DNA from: Gammaproteobacteria bacterium
GTDB lineage: Bacteria; Pseudomonadota; Gammaproteobacteria; Ga0077536
Assembly (NCBI GenBank): GCA_963662545.2
Contig: CAXXLL010000002.1
Coordinates: 1,120,001 to 1,184,000 of the forward strand
DNA length: 64,000 nucleotides
Reading direction: 5' to 3'
The notes below the pieces were generated by a model. The model saw only the letters and a list, made by a program, of their open reading frames with translations, made no database searches and was not told the origin of the DNA. Shown in pieces: positions 1 through 10,306 of this stretch (position 1 is the first letter of the stretch; every line of letters begins with the position of its first letter). The position numbers were made by a program, and so were the translations under genes.

Positions 1-9
1 CTCTGAGCG

Positions 10-804
10 ATGGGCAGGCTCGCAGGAAAAATCGCCATCGTCGTCGGCGCCGGTCAGACGCCGGGCGACACCATCGGCAACGGGCGCGCGACGGCCATTC
101 GATTTGCCGAGGAGGGCGCCACCGTCCTGCTCGTCGATCGCGATCTCGAATCGGTCGAGGAAACGCTGTCACTAATCGAAGCGCGCGGCGGTCGCGGCAG
201 TTGCTTCGTCGCCGACGTAACGAGCGAAGCACAGTGCAAAGCGATCACGACGATTTGCCTGGAACGCTACGATCGCATCGACGTGCTCCACAACAACGTC
301 GGTATTGGCACCGGCGACCGCGGCCCGACGCACATCACCGAAGATGTCTGGGACCACATTTTTACCACCAACCTGAAATCGATCATGTTCACCTGCAAGC
401 ACGCTTTGCCGATCATGCGCGAGCAGCGGGGTGGGTGCATCGTCAATATTTCCTCGATAGCCGCGATCTGCGAGATGGGGCTGGTCAGCTACAAGGCGTC
501 GAAGGCCGCGCTCAATGCCTATACCCATACCTTGGCGACGGGCGGCGCGAAGTACGGGATCCGCGCCAACGTCATCATGCCCGGCCTAATGAACACACCG
601 ATGGCTATCGAGGGCTACGTCGCTGCGGGGCACGATCGTGCGGCCTTGATCGAACGGCGCAACGCGAGCGTACCGTTAGGCGGACAGATGGGAACGGCAT
701 GGGACGTGGCGAACGCAGCCCTGTTCCTCGCTTCCGACGAAGCGAAATTTATTACCGGTGTCTGCCTGCCGGTAGACGGCGGGCAGTCGGCGTTGATCGG
801 GTAG
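10..804 (+). CDS. Short-chain dehydrogenase/reductase
   Basis: NNVG, YKASK catalytic motif, C-terminal ITGVCLPVDGG. Confidence 0.92.
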   Translation: MGRLAGKIAIVVGAGQTPGDTIGNGRATAIRFAEEGATVLLVDRDLESVEETLSLIEARGGRGSCFVADVTSEAQCKAITTICLERYDRIDVLHNNVGIGTGDRGPTHITEDVWDHIFTTNLKSIMFTCKHALPIMREQRGGCIVNISSIAAICEMGLVSYKASKAALNAYTHTLATGGAKYGIRANVIMPGLMNTPMAIEGYVAAGHDRAALIERRNASVPLGGQMGTAWDVANAALFLASDEAKFITGVCLPVDGGQSALIG

Positions 805-851
805 TGCTGATCGCTTGCTTCGAAAAATACCCTTCGATATGGCCGAGGTTC

Positions 852-2030
852 TTAGCTGTCGGAAAATAGTGAGGCGATGTGAGCCTGGACGTGTTCCAGG
901 CCACACCGCACTCGGCTGCGAATCGCTCGGGTCGAGCTGCCATGCCTGTGCAATGACAGCCAGCTATCCTGTGCGGGGATCAATTTGCGCCATCGCTCTT
1001 CGATCCGCTCTACCTGGCTCGCGCTTAACTCAAAGGGGTCGGGCAAGGGAAGTTCATAACGGTCCAGGTATTCAAGTGCTGCATCCCAGTAATCGGCCCA
1101 GAGGCGAGCATCGGTCAGTTCGGATCCGGGATTTTCGCGGCTGCGAGCCACGAACGACGGCAGGAAAGGTTTTATCTTTCGGTGGCCAATGGGTAGGTAA
1201 CGCATATTAAAAGCCCAGCGGTATGAATCGGACGTTTTGTTTTGCGTCGATGCGTGGAACAACTTGGCGTCCATGAGCACGATATCTCCCGGACGCGTGT
1301 CCAGTTGTAGCGCCTCGTTCTTACGATCTTCGGGAAATTCCCGATATCCGCCGAGATGTGACCGTGGCAACACTATTAAGCTGCTGTTTGCAGAATTTGC
1401 TTCAGTCATGGGCACCCAGGCATTGACGTAATTGTGTTCAAAATCGTCTGCGAACCCGGGGAAGCCATCAACATGCCAAGGCGTTTGACCCAGATGGAAA
1501 CCATTCAAGAATCTTGATAATTTCGAGGATCTGCGATTCTTGAATCCGATCCCTACCGCCCGTTGGTTGACCCTCTGCAGTTGCTGCAAGTGGGCGGTTC
1601 CAAGTTTGAGGTTGAAATGGTAGAGCGGGGTGGCTGAAATTTCAGGCCCGATCACCGATTCCACAAGGTCGAGGATCCGGGGATTTCGCATCAAATCGAA
1701 TAGTTCGGGGATTTGAGCGCTTGATACATTTCTCCACCTTCGGTAACCCTTTTCAAAGATGGCCAGCGCCGGATCAATGTGGTGAAAAACGCCGCCATTC
1801 GTGACGCCGACGAGGCTTGCGAACCGGTTGGGGAAGTCCAGCTCGCGGTAGTTTGCACAGATTTCATTCAGTTTTGAGCCGAGCAACTCGCTCGCGAGAC
1901 GATCGATCAGATCCGACCATGCACCCGCCAGCGGGGTCAGCTCGGTTTCCGGGTCAAGCGCACTTCGGAGTACCAGAAAACCTTCTGCGAGAAATTGTGT
2001 CTTCAGTGGCTCCTGAAATTTACCTGTCAT
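852..2030 (-). CDS. PhyH-family Fe(II)/2-oxoglutarate dioxygenase
   Basis: PWHVD (HxD), NAWVPM, PGDIVLMDAKLFHAS, distal R in YRWAFNMRY. Confidence 0.82.
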   Translation of the reverse strand: MTGKFQEPLKTQFLAEGFLVLRSALDPETELTPLAGAWSDLIDRLASELLGSKLNEICANYRELDFPNRFASLVGVTNGGVFHHIDPALAIFEKGYRRWRNVSSAQIPELFDLMRNPRILDLVESVIGPEISATPLYHFNLKLGTAHLQQLQRVNQRAVGIGFKNRRSSKLSRFLNGFHLGQTPWHVDGFPGFADDFEHNYVNAWVPMTEANSANSSLIVLPRSHLGGYREFPEDRKNEALQLDTRPGDIVLMDAKLFHASTQNKTSDSYRWAFNMRYLPIGHRKIKPFLPSFVARSRENPGSELTDARLWADYWDAALEYLDRYELPLPDPFELSASQVERIEERWRKLIPAQDSWLSLHRHGSSTRAIRSRVRCGLEHVQAHIASLFSDS

Positions 2031-2261
2031 TAGCCTGTCACTTCCTACCCATCCTTCGCGACCATATGAAAAATTTCTTTGGGAGGATTATTACGGATCA
2101 GCACACCGGCGATCATTCATCGGTTCGTACGTCCGGTATTACTCGCATCCCGGCCAATTTGAGCCGGGGTGCCACATGTTCAAGCTCCGCTTCCTTTGTA
2201 ATCACCGCGCTCACGATGAGTCGGGCGGTGCTACAGCGAGCATCGCCTAATTGGCACCGCT

Positions 2262-3065
2262 TCATTGCGGCACCCGCAATCGCGTTGTGAGTAATTGGGC
2301 CGCCCGCGCATAATCGAACTGCACCGGGCCGCAGGCCCCAGCACATAGATCGGTGAGACGGTTGTCCGTCACCGGATGACTGAACTGTGCGTTGCGCATG
2401 CGTATTCGCTGTTGCAGCTGCGCGACCGTGATCCTGCCCAACAGCTCCCAGTCCGCTTCCGTCAAGCCCACCTGGTCGATGCCGGCGGTGGCGCCCAGCA
2501 TGTGATCGAATTCGTCTTCGTAGACTACGGCACAGGCCGCGGCGATCCGAGCATCGAAGCCACCACAAGCCGCGAGTTTCATGCCCTCGCTGTACAATGC
2601 GCAGTAACCGCCTTCGGTGAACCGCTGTGCGCGCGTGCCGAGCTCCCCATGGCGCCGGCGATGTCCGGCGCGCAGCTCCATAAGTTCGTCATTTTCAGCC
2701 CAGCTGCCGAGGCGTCTGCTGGTTTGCGGATCGAGTGCGGGCTCGCCCGCGTTACGCAGTTCGTCGTACAGATCGGCAAACAGGTAGTAGTGCGTCAGCT
2801 CATCGCAGAGCATTTTCGCGTCGTCGAGTAAGGCATGGCGATCGATACCCCCATCGACGCGAACAATTTCCTCCTTGATGCGTTCGAAGGGGGGGTGAAA
2901 TCCATCCCAGAACTCCTTGTATGTCTGGCGCAGCAGCCACAGGCGATCCGTTTCGCGTGAACGCAGCGGCGAATTCCAGTAGGTCCTGACGATCTCCGCC
3001 TCGCCAGCCCACAGCGGCGCATTGAGATCGATCAACCGGCGCAGAGGTTCACTCGGTTTCAACAC
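2262..3065 (-). CDS. Ferritin-like / diiron-carboxylate protein, function unknown
   Basis: Two ExxH motifs (DELTH, DEFDH) about 100 aa apart in a helical sequence. Confidence 0.6.
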   Translation of the reverse strand: MLKPSEPLRRLIDLNAPLWAGEAEIVRTYWNSPLRSRETDRLWLLRQTYKEFWDGFHPPFERIKEEIVRVDGGIDRHALLDDAKMLCDELTHYYLFADLYDELRNAGEPALDPQTSRRLGSWAENDELMELRAGHRRRHGELGTRAQRFTEGGYCALYSEGMKLAACGGFDARIAAACAVVYEDEFDHMLGATAGIDQVGLTEADWELLGRITVAQLQQRIRMRNAQFSHPVTDNRLTDLCAGACGPVQFDYARAAQLLTTRLRVPQ

Positions 3066-3132
3066 AACTCATCCCATCATCTCCGCCGTAGCGATTTCTT
3101 TGAGAAACACTGCTGCACTGCCGCTGCTCAAA

Positions 3133-3297
3133 CTAGTGTGCCGTCCCGCGAAAAAGTTGCGTAAGTCGCACCGGATTTTTCGTTCCTGGCAAGGCGCGAG
3201 GACGCCGCGTAGCGGGCTCTACGCAAGGACGAGCAACGCCGCCGGGGACGAAAAAGACCAGCGAATTATGGAAGTTTTTCGCGGGACGGTGCACTAG
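3133..3297. mobile_element. MITE family B, copy 1
   Basis: Terminal inverted repeats CTAGTGTGCCGTCCCGCGAAAAA / TTTTTCGCGGGACGGTGCACTAG; inverted homolog at 27668-27831. Confidence 0.8.
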
Positions 3298-3310
3298 GAT
3301 GCATTTCACA

Positions 3311-4186
3311 TCAATGCGCAACGATGTGCACGAAGTCGGCATGTCCCGGTACCGTGGGACCTGAAAGCTCACTCGTGGACGCGTTTTCCATCGATATTAC
3401 GTCGAAGCGCTCGAAGTCAAAGCCTGCCTCTGTGAACAGGGTCCGTAACTCGCGGCGCGACCGAATGGGATAGAGTTGCAGACGCCGCGCGTAGATATGC
3501 GCCGCCGTCACCAGGGTTTCCGGGTCGAAACCCAGTTCCGTCCGGCGCGCCTCTTGTCCGACCCGCTGCGCAAACAAACGCGCCTCCTCCGAGGTAAAAC
3601 GTACGACAGCATTTGGATAATCCGGGCGCAGGCGTTGAATCAGGATCAAGCGCCCGCCGGGCCGCAATAGCGCGCGCCATCGTGCCATGAGCCGCCTGCG
3701 GCCGTCGTCATCGAAAAAACCGAGAAAGGCGTGCGTACAGATCACGTCGAATCGTTGCTCAACGGAAAATTCGAGGATATCGATCGCACGGGTTTCTACT
3801 GATGCCTCGACTCGCTGTGCATACCACGTGCAGAGATAAAGGGGAGTCTCGCAGAGGTCGACGGCGGTACATTCCAGTGGTGCGCCTGCACGGCCGTAGG
3901 CCCAAACCACATGAGCGAACATTGAACAGTCCGCGCATCCGGAGATCAGAACGCGCGGGTGACGCCGCTCACGGGCCACGGCGTCGAGGGAGGAGAGGAT
4001 CAGTGACGCATGGACCGCCGGCGAAGTACCGATGCCAAGCGCGCGAAGAGACGGCCACAGGCCATGGTACCAGGCACAGTCTTTCCCGTCGGCGCGATCG
4101 GTTCGGCACTGGCGCAAAGCGGCCGCGCGCGCCACCGATGCGCACTCGATCAATGGTTCCTCCAATACTAACGCTGATCCAGTCAT
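3311..4186 (-). CDS. Class I SAM-dependent methyltransferase
   Basis: VLISGCAD, AVDLC, FDVICTHAFL, LLRPGGRL; overlaps the stop of the upstream ligase. Confidence 0.85.
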   Translation of the reverse strand: MTGSALVLEEPLIECASVARAAALRQCRTDRADGKDCAWYHGLWPSLRALGIGTSPAVHASLILSSLDAVARERRHPRVLISGCADCSMFAHVVWAYGRAGAPLECTAVDLCETPLYLCTWYAQRVEASVETRAIDILEFSVEQRFDVICTHAFLGFFDDDGRRRLMARWRALLRPGGRLILIQRLRPDYPNAVVRFTSEEARLFAQRVGQEARRTELGFDPETLVTAAHIYARRLQLYPIRSRRELRTLFTEAGFDFERFDVISMENASTSELSGPTVPGHADFVHIVAH

Positions 4187-5619
4187 TCGAGGCGTGATGT
4201 CAAAGCGGCATCGCTTTCGTCGTCCGACATGAAATCGGAGGTGAAATCCTGGATCTTGCCGCCGCGTCCCGGGGCGATTTGATCCAACTCAACGATTCTA
4301 AGCATGGCCTCATCCGTGTCGTAGGTCTCCGACCACGCTGCGTGGATCCGTTCGGAAAACCCCGGCGGCAACGCCGTCGCGGTGACTACCCGCAATTCAA
4401 AGGATTGATCGCGACACTGGTGCACTTGATAACGGCGAAGGTTTACGAGCAGTGCCGCCGGCAGTGACTGCAAAGTGTCTATCAGTAGTCTGAATCGCGC
4501 CCGCGAATCGGGTGGCAACGATAACCAGCGCCGGTAACGGCCGGTAATCTCGCCGATACTCGGCAGCGTACGCCCACAAGCGCACGGGCCGGCAACGGCC
4601 TCGGCGGTATCATCGGTATCGTAACGAAGTAGCGGCATCGCTGCATTCTGCAGCGCGGTCACGACGATACGCCCGATCGAACCGGGTGCGCAAGGCCGCC
4701 CGTTCTGGTCGACGATTTCGACCACGCAATGTTCGGTATGCACGTGGTATCGCCCTGCTTCGCAACGCCCGGCGACAATGCCGATTTCATTGAGGCCGTA
4801 GCTCTGATGCACCGGGATCCCGAAGCTTGTTTCGATCCGGCGCCGCATCCCGGGCGTCATCTGCGCCGAGATCCCCATGAGTCCTCTGAGACTATCCAAC
4901 GCGACCCCCTCCGGTGCGGCAAAGGCTTGCTCTTCGAGGGTCCCGGGATAGGTGACCAGGTAGTCCGGCCGTTCCTCTCGTAGCCAATCTATCTGTCGCT
5001 CGATTGAGTTGGCACGGCTGAAGGTAATAGATGGCCCGGTTTCGGCTACACGATCGACGTAACGCCAGTGTGGATTGCGCAACGTAACGCCATCGGCAAT
5101 CAGGGATCCGTCAGCCTGCCGGGGCAGTTCCTCGGGTATTCGAATTGCGGCCAGCGTGCCGCGCGGGTCGAAGCGAAACCAGCGGTAGTGGCGTTGTGTC
5201 AGTACGGTAAACATAAAATTGGCGCGCGTCGTCATAAGCACTCGCGCCGGGCGCCCCGTGGTGCCCGATGACTTGAAATAGCCGTAGATCGTCTCTCCCG
5301 GCGGCAGCACCTCTGCCCGTAATTCCGTTTCGTGTTCCAGCAACTCCCATTTGTTCAAGATCGGTAATCCGGGTAGATCGCCTATCCTGCGAAATGCGGC
5401 TGGCTTGAGTGCGTGCTGCTCGAAAAGCCGACGATAATAGGGGACGTGCGTCGCCGCGTATTCGGTGATCGCCGCCAGAGCGGTGTTCACTCGGCGGCAC
5501 TGCTCATCGGCGGGCAAAAATTCGTTAGCGAGGAGATCCTCGAAAAGACTCTGGGATACGCCCTGCGGTTTGATCCGCCAGCGACGTTGCTCATCGCGCT
5601 CTTCGTTCAGGCTGGTCAT
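4183..5619 (-). CDS. Phenylacetate-CoA ligase (PaaK/CapK)-like adenylate-forming enzyme
   Basis: KSSGTTGRP loop, SYGLNEIG, MPLLRYDTDD, CACGRTLP. Confidence 0.88.
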   Translation of the reverse strand: MTSLNEERDEQRRWRIKPQGVSQSLFEDLLANEFLPADEQCRRVNTALAAITEYAATHVPYYRRLFEQHALKPAAFRRIGDLPGLPILNKWELLEHETELRAEVLPPGETIYGYFKSSGTTGRPARVLMTTRANFMFTVLTQRHYRWFRFDPRGTLAAIRIPEELPRQADGSLIADGVTLRNPHWRYVDRVAETGPSITFSRANSIERQIDWLREERPDYLVTYPGTLEEQAFAAPEGVALDSLRGLMGISAQMTPGMRRRIETSFGIPVHQSYGLNEIGIVAGRCEAGRYHVHTEHCVVEIVDQNGRPCAPGSIGRIVVTALQNAAMPLLRYDTDDTAEAVAGPCACGRTLPSIGEITGRYRRWLSLPPDSRARFRLLIDTLQSLPAALLVNLRRYQVHQCRDQSFELRVVTATALPPGFSERIHAAWSETYDTDEAMLRIVELDQIAPGRGGKIQDFTSDFMSDDESDAALTSRLE

Positions 5620-5647
5620 CTCATGCGCTCAGTAATGCAATATTTAA

Positions 5648-5809
5648 GGAACCTCTGAAAAAGTCGTGGCACATCTGCCTTGCCCATGAAATCGCGCAGC
5701 TCCGCGTTACGAAGCTTGTCAATAGTCCCCGCTATTGCCTGCGCTTCGTGCCTTGATCTGCACAATTTCATGAACAATTCAGACGCACTATGACTTATTC
5801 AGAGGTTCC
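5648..5809. mobile_element. MITE family A, copy 1 (IS5-like ends)
   Basis: 162 bp; TIR GGAACCTCTGAA(A/T)AAGTC / GACTTATTCAGAGGTTCC; TTAA on both sides; second copy at 15019-15180. Confidence 0.88.
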
Positions 5810-6069
5810 TTAAAGCGAATAATTGATCAAATCGCGCACGCTTGCCTGCCTGTTGATTGCACGGGTAAAGATCATTATTGCGCCCAGATCATCGATACTC
5901 CACTCATTCAGAAAAGTCCGCGTGAAACCAATCAACGGCGCGTTCATCACGGAACTTATAAATTATCCGGGCTGAGCGCCGGCCTCGCAAACGATGGCTG
6001 AACTGCGCGGTTGCGGCCCGACTTAGCAGCCTGTAGGCTGCGAATCGAACTCCAATATGCCGGCAGACG

Positions 6070-7296
6070 ATGACCGGGCCCGCCACCGACAAGAAGCTCA
6101 AGACCCAGCTCCCGGACTTCGAGTCCGATGCCTTCATCAATGATCCATATGCCGATTACCGGCGGTTGCGGGAGCACGATCCGGTGCACGAGAGCCCATG
6201 GGGAGACTGGTATCTGACCCGCCACGCCGACGCGGAATTCGTCCTCAAGGACCCGCGCTTCGTGCGGGAATCGCCGGGTGGGGTCAACCCGCTGGCGGCT
6301 CACACCGGCGAGGCCGCAACGCTCGAAACGGTGATCCACGAATGGCTGGTATTCCGGGATCCGCCCTACCATACCGCGCTGCGTGGCTGGATGAGTCAAT
6401 ATCTGAACCGCGCCAGCTTCGAGGCGATGACGCCGCGCATCGAGGTGATCACCCAAGAACTACTCGATGGCGTCGCGGCGAGCAAGCACATGGAAGTGGT
6501 CGGCGACCTCGCCTATCCGCTACCGGTGATGGTGATCGCCGAGCTGCTCGGCCTGCCCGTTTCCGACCGGCACCTGTACGAGGTTTGGTCGCACCCGATT
6601 ACCCGCGCCCTGGATCGGGGATTGCCGCAGGACATGGCCGCAGCGGAACCGGCGATCACCGAAATGCTTGCCTACCTCGCGCAGATCGTCGCAGAACGCC
6701 GACGGCGTCCCCGTGATGATTTCGTCACGGCGCTCCCTCGCGCGCAGATCGACGGCCGGCCATTGTCCGAGGACGCGGTGCTGGCCACCTTGGTATCGCT
6801 GCTCTGGGCCGGCCACGAGACCACCCGCAACCTCATCGGAAGCGGCCTGATGATACTCCTGCAACACCCCGAGCAATGTGAGCGCCTGCGGCGTAAACCG
6901 GCGCTCATGCGCACGGCGATCGAAGAATTTCTACGCTATGAGAGCCCGGTGCAGAAGATCAGCCGCTGGACGACCCAGACCATTACGATCGGCGCAAAGC
7001 AGGTCCCCGCAGGGTGCTTCGTCGTCTGTCTGCTGGGCGCGGCCAACCGCGATCCACTGGTATTCGCGGATCCGGAGCGCGTGGATATCGAACGGCGCAA
7101 CAACCCGCATCTGGCCTTCGGCCGCGGGATCCATACCTGTATCGGAGCACACCTCGCGCGCCTCGAAGGTCGCATCGTCCTTGCTGCCGTATTGCAACGG
7201 TTTCCGGAGCTGGCGCCAGCACCCCCGGGCGCCGAGTGGCGCCGGCATTCGGCGTTTCGCAGCTTGAAGCATCTCCACGTCACACTGGGGCAATAA
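6070..7296 (+). CDS. Cytochrome P450
   Basis: AGHETT I-helix, EEFLRY (ExxR), HLAFGRGIHTCIG heme ligand. Confidence 0.96.
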   Translation: MTGPATDKKLKTQLPDFESDAFINDPYADYRRLREHDPVHESPWGDWYLTRHADAEFVLKDPRFVRESPGGVNPLAAHTGEAATLETVIHEWLVFRDPPYHTALRGWMSQYLNRASFEAMTPRIEVITQELLDGVAASKHMEVVGDLAYPLPVMVIAELLGLPVSDRHLYEVWSHPITRALDRGLPQDMAAAEPAITEMLAYLAQIVAERRRRPRDDFVTALPRAQIDGRPLSEDAVLATLVSLLWAGHETTRNLIGSGLMILLQHPEQCERLRRKPALMRTAIEEFLRYESPVQKISRWTTQTITIGAKQVPAGCFVVCLLGAANRDPLVFADPERVDIERRNNPHLAFGRGIHTCIGAHLARLEGRIVLAAVLQRFPELAPAPPGAEWRRHSAFRSLKHLHVTLGQ

Positions 7297-7303
7297 GGTT
7301 CGC

Positions 7304-8683
7304 ATGGACACCGCGATCCCGAAGTCGTCGATACCCTTCATCCGCTTTCCCGCCATTCCTGCGGGACCGGCGGCGACCTCGCTGGCGCTCCAGTACCAGC
7401 TCGATCGTTCGCAATGGTGGACGCCAGAGCAATTGCTCACCCAGCAGGGCGGCCAACTCGCGCAACTGTTGCAGCACGCCTGGCGGACCGTCCCTTTCTA
7501 CCGGGAGCAGCTTGCTCAGGTCGGCTATCGCGGCGAAGCGGACGATCCATTCGCTGTTCTGCATGCCCTGCCGATCCTGAGCCGTAGCGTCTTGCAGGAG
7601 GACGTCGATCGGATCCGATCCTCGCAGATACCCGAAAGCCATGGCAACACCCATCCCCTCGAGACCTCCGGCACCACGGGCCGCGCCGTTAAGCTGCTAG
7701 GCACCCAGATTACGAATCTTTTCTGGCGGGCCTTCGCTCTGCGCGAACACATTTGGCACCAACGCGACCTTAGCGCCAAACTCGCTGCCATTCGCTGGGT
7801 AAGCAAGGGCGTTGCGATGCCGCCCGACGGTGTGGTCACGTCCAGCTGGGGCCCGCCGACTGACGCGCTGTTCAGCACTGGACCAGCGGCGCTCTTGAAT
7901 GTGGCCGCCGATACCGAGGCGCAACTACAGTGGCTGCAACGGACCGATCCCGACTACCTTCTGTCTTATCCCTCGCACCTCGCTGCGCTGGCCGAGGAAT
8001 TTCTCAAGCGCGACCTGCGCCTGCCGCGACTGCGTGAAGTCCGCACAGTCGGCGAGACTGTTACCGAGCAGCAACGCGCACTTTGCCACGAGGCTTGGGG
8101 CGTTTCGCTGATCGATGTGTATACCTGTGAAGAAGCGAGCTATCTGGCCCTGCAATGCCCCGAAAGCGGTGAATACCACGTGCAGAACGAAAACATCGTC
8201 CTGGAGATCGTCGATGATCAGGATCGCCCCTGCAAACAAGGCGAAGTCGGCCGCGTCGTGATCACCGCGCTACACAACTTCGCCACGCCCCTGCTGCGCT
8301 ATGACCTCGGGGACTTCGCCGAGTTCGGCGGCCCTTGCCGCTGCGGCCGTGGTTTAGCGGTAATCCGCAGGATCCTCGGTCGGATGCGTAATCGCATCCG
8401 GCTGCCGGACGGCAGCAGCCGTTTTCCGTACCTAGGCGAACGTAAGGAGCGCGAAAGGATCGCGCCCAGCATCCGCCAGTTTCAATACGTGCAAAAAAGC
8501 CTCGAGGAAATCGAATACCGCATTGTGACGCCCGAGCCGCTAACCAGCGATCAGGAACGCCTACTGCGCCAGTTCATTATCGGTAACTTCGGTAAATCGT
8601 TCCGGGTCACGATCACCTACCACCAGGAGATCCCGCGCTCGTCCAATGGTAAGTACGAGGAATTCGTCAGCGAGCTTGGCTAG
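7304..8683 (+). CDS. Second PaaK/CapK-like adenylate-forming enzyme
   Basis: TSGTTGR, YTCEEA, PLLRYDLGD, CRCGRGL; paralog of 4183-5619. Confidence 0.88.
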   Translation: MDTAIPKSSIPFIRFPAIPAGPAATSLALQYQLDRSQWWTPEQLLTQQGGQLAQLLQHAWRTVPFYREQLAQVGYRGEADDPFAVLHALPILSRSVLQEDVDRIRSSQIPESHGNTHPLETSGTTGRAVKLLGTQITNLFWRAFALREHIWHQRDLSAKLAAIRWVSKGVAMPPDGVVTSSWGPPTDALFSTGPAALLNVAADTEAQLQWLQRTDPDYLLSYPSHLAALAEEFLKRDLRLPRLREVRTVGETVTEQQRALCHEAWGVSLIDVYTCEEASYLALQCPESGEYHVQNENIVLEIVDDQDRPCKQGEVGRVVITALHNFATPLLRYDLGDFAEFGGPCRCGRGLAVIRRILGRMRNRIRLPDGSSRFPYLGERKERERIAPSIRQFQYVQKSLEEIEYRIVTPEPLTSDQERLLRQFIIGNFGKSFRVTITYHQEIPRSSNGKYEEFVSELG

Positions 8684-8733
8684 GCATTGTGCGCACATAG
8701 TTTCCGGCCAAAGGCGATTCCGTGGACAGAAGT

Positions 8734-9417
8734 TCAAAGTTGCCGTACCACCAGGGCCGCGTAATTGAGGCTCGCGAGATCCGGAAAGTAGTCGGGGCGT
8801 ACGTGGTTTTTATCCGGCACGACGAAGCCGATTTCATCGTACATTGATAACAGGGGGTCGAGCGGGTGACTACCCCTGCGCAAAAACGCATAGTCTTCGG
8901 CCGATACCCCGGCGTGTTTCTCCCGATATTTTGCATAACCCGGGATCACCGCACCGGCGATTACAAAGCGCAAACCGAGCGATCGCGCCAATTCCACTTC
9001 AGTATTGATCATACGTTCGAAGATATCCCCGCCCCGCGCGTCCTTGGCGATCACCCCGGAGACGATGTACAGCGCGTTGTAGTCCTCGAGCGCCCCGACA
9101 TCGTCCAGATAGCCCCTATTGGTCGCTCTATCCCAACTGCCGAAAAGCGCCAGATCCATCGGGTCATAGCAACGCGGACAGGCGGTAATCGTGGCAACCA
9201 GGCGGTCGTCCCGCTCGGTGACATAAAACCCTTGCGGAAACTTTTCCAGCCGGGCTAAAAAAATATCCGCAGTAGCGCGACCGCCCTCAGGCCAGCTTTT
9301 CTCTACGTCCATTATTCCCGCGAGGTCGGACAATGCGGCGTTTCGAATTACATCCACCGTGGTAAGCGCCCTGTATTCGGAAGGTTTAATGCCGCCAGGA
9401 TCCGCGCGGGGCGGCAA
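8734..9417 (-). CDS. GNAT-family acetyltransferase-like protein (start uncertain)
   Basis: IRNAALSDLAGIMDVE, RLEKFPQG, ARGGDI acetyl-CoA-loop-like segment. Confidence 0.65.
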   Translation of the reverse strand: MPPRADPGGIKPSEYRALTTVDVIRNAALSDLAGIMDVEKSWPEGGRATADIFLARLEKFPQGFYVTERDDRLVATITACPRCYDPMDLALFGSWDRATNRGYLDDVGALEDYNALYIVSGVIAKDARGGDIFERMINTEVELARSLGLRFVIAGAVIPGYAKYREKHAGVSAEDYAFLRRGSHPLDPLLSMYDEIGFVVPDKNHVRPDYFPDLASLNYAALVVRQL

Positions 9418-9764
9418 AACCGGATCGACCCAATCAGTGTCACTAGTACGCTGCTATCGAACGCCAATAGATTCTAGAAGTGGGCAATCACCTCGGCAAG
9501 GTGGTGTTCGTACTCCTGTAACTAGTCTAGCCCGAAACCGTTTCCAGCTAGCCCACCGAAGATGCCGGTCAGCATAAGGGAAGGATAACCGTCCGTTTTC
9601 GCGTAATCGAGTATTCATGGCTTCGATTGGGGCGCACTAAGAGCGAACCGTGGGCCGTGACATTGGTCGCATTCTGCTCGCACGCGGCGTATTTGCATCC
9701 TCCGCCCACCGAAGATGCCTTTTTGGCCAGTCGCTCGTCAAGACAAAAAGGACCATGAGGCATA

Positions 9765-10256
9765 ATGGGTATACTGCCCCGGGAATCCCCAGGGAGCGAT
9801 CCATTGGCATTTGAAATTCTACCTTGGCACTGGGTCGTATTTGGTTTCGCTGTAATGGTGAGCGAAATGTTCCTGGCGACTTTCTTTATTCTATGGTTCG
9901 GCGCGGCCGCTGTGGTGGTCGGTATCGTGTTATTTCTAATGCCGGGCCTTTCCATGACCTGGCAGGTTTTGTTATGGACGATCTTGTCGTCGGCCCTGGC
10001 CTTGGGATGGTTTAAATATCTAAAACCTTTGTCGATCGATAAAACCAAAGCCGGCCTCTCAAAAGAAGCCATTACCGGAGAAATCGGGCAGGTGATGATC
10101 GTTCCAACTGCGGAAAAGCGCGGTAAACTGCGCTTTCCGGCTCCAGTATTAGGTGCAGACGAGTGGATCATTATTTCAACCGATGAACTGTCGGTGGGTG
10201 ACAGAGTCACTGTGGTGGATGTATCCGGTAACTCTCTAATCGTCAAAAAGACTTAG
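9765..10256 (+). CDS. NfeD-like membrane protein
   Basis: N-terminal TM helices plus OB-fold C-terminus (GDRVTVVDVSGNSLIVK); directly upstream of an SPFH gene. Confidence 0.85.
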   Translation: MGILPRESPGSDPLAFEILPWHWVVFGFAVMVSEMFLATFFILWFGAAAVVVGIVLFLMPGLSMTWQVLLWTILSSALALGWFKYLKPLSIDKTKAGLSKEAITGEIGQVMIVPTAEKRGKLRFPAPVLGADEWIIISTDELSVGDRVTVVDVSGNSLIVKKT

Positions 10257-10306
10257 CTAAAACACTTCAGGCTGGAAAAATTTTTCTATTTAGACGGAGC
10301 AGGAAT

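Noticed and set aside
852-2030. PhyH enzyme as a halogenase
   Set aside because: It keeps HxD (HVD); halogenases have HxG or HxA
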